A stretch of DNA of 32,000 nucleotides from assembly GCA_004563595.2 (NCBI GenBank), contig CP042461.1, positions 1,020,001 to 1,052,000 of the forward strand. The letters are read 5' to 3'. How positions within the stretch are numbered: the first letter of the stretch is position 1; each line of letters starts with the position of its first letter. The translations under genes were made by a program, and so were the position numbers. Positions 28,959 through 32,000 of this stretch are shown here, piece after piece. The DNA comes from Candidatus Saccharimonadota bacterium. GTDB lineage: Bacteria; Patescibacteriota; Gracilibacteria; BD1-5; UBA6164. The notes beneath the pieces were generated by a model. That model did not search any database, was not told the DNA's origin, and was given only the letters and a program-made list of their open reading frames with translations.

Positions 28959-29609
28959 ATGGCTGTTACTAAACAACAAAAAGTTGAGATTTTAAATAAT
29001 CTTATTGAACTATTTAAAAATGCTCAATCAATTGGTTTTGCAAAAACAACTACTCTTACTGTTGAAGAATTTTCTAATCTAAGAACAAATTTAAGAGAAG
29101 TTGGTGCGACTTATAATCTTGCTAAAAAAACTCTTATTAAAAAAGCAATAAAAGAAGCTCTAGATATAGATTTAGACTTATCTACTCTTGAAGGACAAAT
29201 TGGTGTTGTATGTTCAAACGAAGATGCTGTTGCTGGTCTTGGAAAAGTTAACGATATGGTAAAAGCTACAAACGGTGAAAAAATCGAATGGGCTGCTTGT
29301 ATATTTGACGGTGAATTAAAAGGTCTTGAAGAAACAAAAGTATTAGCTGGACTTCCATCAAAAGATACTCTTCTTGGAAGATTGGTTGGATCAATGAAAT
29401 CTCCGATTTCTGGTCTTGCAAGATTCTTCGATGCTGCTAGCAAAGATCTTGAAACTCAAGGAAAAGCTACTGTATCTGACTTAAAAGTTGAAAAGAAAGA
29501 AGAAGTTGCTGAAGTTAAAACTGAAGAAACTCCAAAAGAAGAAATAAAAGCTGAAGAAGCTCCTAAAACTGAGGAAGCTCCAAAGACAGAAGAAAAAAAA
29601 GAAGCATAG
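28959..29609 (+). CDS. rplJ: 50S ribosomal protein L10 with K/E/P-rich C-terminal extension, 216 aa
   Basis: Intact track ORF. Translation MAVTKQQKVEILNNLIELFKNAQSIGFAKTTTLTVEEFSNLRTNLREVGATYNLAKKTL... is typical L10. Directly upstream of rplL. No in-frame TGA (0 of 14 Gly codons). Confidence 0.95.
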   Translation: MAVTKQQKVEILNNLIELFKNAQSIGFAKTTTLTVEEFSNLRTNLREVGATYNLAKKTLIKKAIKEALDIDLDLSTLEGQIGVVCSNEDAVAGLGKVNDMVKATNGEKIEWAACIFDGELKGLEETKVLAGLPSKDTLLGRLVGSMKSPISGLARFFDAASKDLETQGKATVSDLKVEKKEEVAEVKTEETPKEEIKAEEAPKTEEAPKTEEKKEA

Positions 29610-29712
29610 TTAATGTTTAGTCTACTCATTCTCAGGTTCATTTGAGAGTGAGGAACTAACTATTAAAATAGGTTAGAATCTAATAAATTTTTAATTTTAT
29701 AATATATATAAT

Positions 29713-30087
29713 ATGGCTGAATTAAGTAAAAATGCTGCTAAAATCATGGATTTAGTAAAAGAATTAACTATCGTTGAATTAAACGACCTAGTTACTGCTA
29801 TGGAAGAAGAATTTGGTGTTTCTGCTGCTGCTCCAGTTATGATGGCTGCAGGAGGTGCTGCTGGTGCTGATGAAGGGCCTTCAACTGTTAACGTTGAATT
29901 AACTTCTGCTGGTGCATCTAAAATTGCTGTTATTAAAGTAATTAGAGAAATTACTGGTCTTGGTTTAAAAGAAGCTAAAGGTCTAGCTGATAACGGTGGT
30001 GCTATCAAAGAAGGTGTTGATAAAGCTGAAGGTGAAGAACTTAAAGCTAAATTAGAAGAAGCTGGTGCTTCTGTTGAATTAAAATAA
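29713..30087 (+). CDS. rplL: 50S ribosomal protein L7/L12, 124 aa
   Basis: Intact track ORF. Has the Ala/Gly hinge, then ...[55 protein letters not shown]. No in-frame TGA (0 of 14 Gly codons). The antisense track ORF 29697-30095 is an artefact. Confidence 0.97.
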   Translation: MAELSKNAAKIMDLVKELTIVELNDLVTAMEEEFGVSAAAPVMMAAGGAAGADEGPSTVNVELTSAGASKIAVIKVIREITGLGLKEAKGLADNGGAIKEGVDKAEGEELKAKLEEAGASVELK

Positions 30088-30100
30088 TAATTCATAAAAT

Positions 30101-30138
30101 AAAAACTGAATATTTAAATATATTCAGTTTTTATTTTT
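30101..30138 (+). terminator. Rho-independent terminator after rplL
   Basis: aaaaactgaatat (30101-30113), loop ttaaat, atattcagttttt (30120-30132), then a T-rich tail. Confidence 0.8.
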
Positions 30139-30146
30139 ATTTATTC

Positions 30147-30220
30147 TCTGAGTTCGCCAAGTGGTAAGGCCGGGGACTCTGAATCCCCTATCATAGGTTC
30201 GAATCCTATACTCAGAACCA
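30147..30220 (+). tRNA. tRNA-Gln (anticodon CUG), CCA encoded
   Basis: TCTGAGT acceptor pairs with ACTCAGA (U1-A72, as in E. coli tRNA-Gln). D region TCGCCAAGTGGTAAGGC. Anticodon stem-loop GGGGA-CTCTGAA-TCCCC. T arm ATAGG-TTCGAAT-CCTAT, then A-CCA. Confidence 0.88.
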
Positions 30221-30234
30221 TGAAAATAAACAAT

Positions 30235-30268
30235 AAAAAAGAATGTATCAAATGATGCATTCTTTTTT
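30235..30268. terminator. Bidirectional hairpin between tRNA-Gln and the convergent GIY-YIG gene
   Basis: aaaaaagaatg (30235-30245) pairs with cattctttttt (30258-30268), 12-nt loop. The right arm overlaps the GIY-YIG stop codon at 30269-30267. Confidence 0.6.
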
Positions 30269-30506
30269 ATTTAATCAATTTCAACTTCTTATCCCTAGTC
30301 AATTTCTTGATCCTGCACTCTTCTTTTGCAGCTTCTGATTTATCAGCAACTTCAACTGAGTATACAAGTTCAACTGGTCTTCTCACTCTGGTATATTTTG
30401 CTGCTTTAGGAGAGTTATTATGTTCATCAACTCTTCTCTCTAATTCTGTAGTGATTCATGTATATAAACTTCCATCATTACATCTCACTATATACACATA
30501 CCACAT
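30267..30506 (-). CDS. GIY-YIG nuclease superfamily protein (UPF0213-like), 79 aa
   Basis: ATG 30506 to TAA 30269-30267. Translation MWYVYIVRCNDGSLYTGITTELERRVDEHNNSPKAAKYTRVRRPVELVYSVEVADKSEAAKEECRIKKLTRDKKLKLIK has the canonical short GIY-YIG pattern. Confidence 0.85.
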
Positions 30507-30510
30507 ATTT

Positions 30511-30981
30511 TTATACTGATAGATTTACAAATTCTGTTGTATCAATTGATAATTCTGCTTTGATTTTATGAGACTCTACTTCTTCTATATGTTGTCCAAG
30601 AGTGTTCAGGAATATATCCTTCCCTTCTCCAAATGGAATTACAAGCTTTGCTTCAATATTTTCAAATATTTTTGCAGCATCTTTTGTTCATGTAATGATT
30701 AATATATCCACATCTCAAAAGAATGATAAGATCTCTTCTTTTAATTCAAAGCTATCATTTGATATGATAACGATATGTTTTGTGTCCACAACAAAATGAT
30801 AAAACAATTTATTTGCATACTCTTTTACCTCAAGTAACATTCATGATTTTTCATACTCTCAAGGATATGAAACATTAAAATCATCGACATTAACATCTCC
30901 TGAACTTATATTAAAAGTGATATTTTTTTTATCTGAATTTGTAATATTTAGGTTTCATGCTTTGTTATAAACTTCGATCAT
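30511..30981 (-). CDS. Hypothetical protein, 156 aa
   Basis: ATG 30981 to TAA 30513-30511 under table 25. Translation MIEVYNKAGNLNITNSDKKNITFNISSGDVNVDDFNVSYPGEYEKSGMLLEV...DILIITGTKDAAKIFENIEAKLVIPFGEGKD... has no catalytic motifs I recognise. Track ORFs 30307-30519 and 30602-30799 (+) are antisense artefacts. Confidence 0.55.
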
Positions 30982-30996
30982 AGAAAACTGTTAAAA

Positions 30997-31449
30997 TTAA
31001 ATAAAATATGTTTTATTTCTTGCTATAATAGCTCATAAATCAAACATAACTTCCACATCTTTTATCTTTTCAATAGGAAACCATTCATATCAAACAAACC
31101 TTTCTTCCTTTTGAACATAAGGTTTTTTCTCTCAATGATACCTCACCAGAAAAAGATATACATCTTTATCTATCACGGGGGTATTTTCTAAGTATCAGGC
31201 TGTAAAAGTATAGTTTAACTTTGTAATAAACTTAATTACTTCAAGGTCTTTTTTCATTAATCAGGCTTCTTCACTAATTTCTCTTACTGCTGTATCTTTT
31301 GCTACTTCTCAATCTTCTATATGTCATTTTGGAATCACATAGATTTCTTTATTTCTTGAGTTTAACCATTTCAGTAAAAGAACCTCGATCTTACCTTCTT
31401 TTTTACGATAGACTATACCACCTGAACTCTTTTCATATATTTTTGCCAT
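30997..31449 (-). CDS. NUDIX hydrolase, 150 aa
   Basis: ATG 31449 to TAA 30999-30997. Translation MAKIYEKSSGGIVYRKKEGKIEVLLLKW...YVIPKGHIEDGEVAKDTAVREISEEAGL contains the Nudix box G.5E.7REUXEEXGU. The G of PKGHIE is TGA. Confidence 0.85.
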
Positions 31450-31615
31450 AAAATTTAAAATAACTCATCTATCTAAAACTATAATTAAATATAACTCAAA
31501 AAACGAAAAATTCAAGTTCTTTTCGAAAGTCCCTCTATATTACACTTCATTTTTTGCATATATTTTTTTTATGTGATAGACTATTGTTAATAAAACAAAA
31601 ATAAAAATAAAAATT

Positions 31616-32000
31616 ATGCAAAACACACATATAAATGAAGATATTTTAAGTGATCTCGAAAACCTAATTGACTCAAATATTGACTCAACACTGGAAAATA
31701 TAAGTAAGATAGATACCCCTTACTCTCCTGAACCCCTTAATAGTTTAAATAAATCAGAAGAAGTAAAATACACTCCTATACTTATAGATTCACAAGACAC
31801 TGAAATAATTCCTGATGAAATAAAAGAAGAGAAAAAATATATAAAAAAATCTTCGAAATTTATTACTTGAATATTATTTCTATTCAAATATATGGCTACA
31901 TCAAGTCTTATATTCGCATTATTACTTGTTACAACAAACTATAGTGCTTATATAAATGTAGCAAAAAGTTATATTTTTCAAGAAGAATTAGAAAATAAAT
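31616..32000 (+). CDS. Hypothetical membrane protein, N-terminal fragment (continues past window end)
   Basis: ATG 31616. Track ORF 31616-31870 reads through TGA 31868-31870 into ...SSKFITGILFLFKYMATSSLIFALLLVTTNYSAYINVAKSY..., i.e. an acidic N-terminal region followed by a TM helix. Confidence 0.55.

Noticed and set aside
28048-30220. Looked for the TGA-decoding tRNA-Gly(UCA) among the tRNAs in the window.
   Set aside because: The four tRNAs have anticodons UGU (Thr), GUA (Tyr), UAG (Leu) and CUG (Gln). None is a UCA suppressor-type tRNA, so it must lie elsewhere in the genome.
1-32000. Interpretation as a decaying genome full of pseudogenes, because the standard-code ORFs are short and broken.
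   Set aside because: All interruptions are TGA, never TAA or TAG. They fall at conserved glycine positions, and reading them as sense gives full-length proteins rich in conserved motifs, with lengths divisible by 3 from start to TAA/TAG.
1-32000. Mycoplasma/Spiroplasma-type code (table 4, TGA=Trp).
   Set aside because: TGA occupies invariant Gly sites (P-loops GxxGxGK(S/T), GxSxG, prepilin G-1, Nudix box). Conserved Trp residues (VanY EPWHWRY, CBM2, LTWFR of MiaA) are encoded by TGG.
1-32000. CRISPR arrays, rRNA genes, and insertion sequences.
   Set aside because: No regularly spaced direct repeats, no rRNA-like conserved segments, and no transposase-like ORFs were found in any frame under table 25.

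Overview
AT-rich (by eye roughly 30% GC) bacterial chromosome segment that only makes sense if TGA is read as glycine (translation table 25). This points to a Gracilibacteria (BD1-5) / Absconditabacteria (SR1)-type member of the Patescibacteria (CPR). Under the standard code the supplied ORF track is fragmented, and many of its longer ORFs are antisense artefacts. Hand re-translation with TGA=Gly gives 32 tightly packed CDS (2 partial), 4 tRNAs and many hairpin terminators. Content: (i) housekeeping genes: hisS, miaA, tex, rpmE, rplJ-rplL behind an L10-leader-like attenuator, tRNA-Thr/Tyr/Leu/Gln, bcp, yaaA, NUDIX, GIY-YIG, CorC/CNNM transporter, CBS protein, SanA-like. (ii) A type IV pilin locus without assembly genes: a canonical pilin, a minor pilin, a PilX-like protein, a LamG-domain pseudopilin-like protein, and a 709-aa pilin fused to an 8-repeat beta-propeller-like domain. 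(iii) Secreted or envelope-active proteins: a CBM2 + PL14-like lyase, a membrane-anchored alpha/beta-hydrolase fused to a VanY/M15 carboxypeptidase, and signal-peptide proteins of unknown function. (iv) An orphan 844-aa TraD/VirD4-like coupling ATPase. (v) A rubredoxin-superoxide reductase fusion. The two most interesting points are the recoding and a possible host-attachment toolkit. On recoding, TGA is the dominant Gly codon in an ordinary gene such as miaA yet is absent from rplJ/rplL. The toolkit is the pilin-adhesin genes plus the cell-wall/polysaccharide-degrading genes, as expected for an epibiotic or predatory CPR bacterium. No CRISPR array, rRNA, transposase or integrase was seen. All coordinates and translations were derived by hand and should be re-derived computationally.
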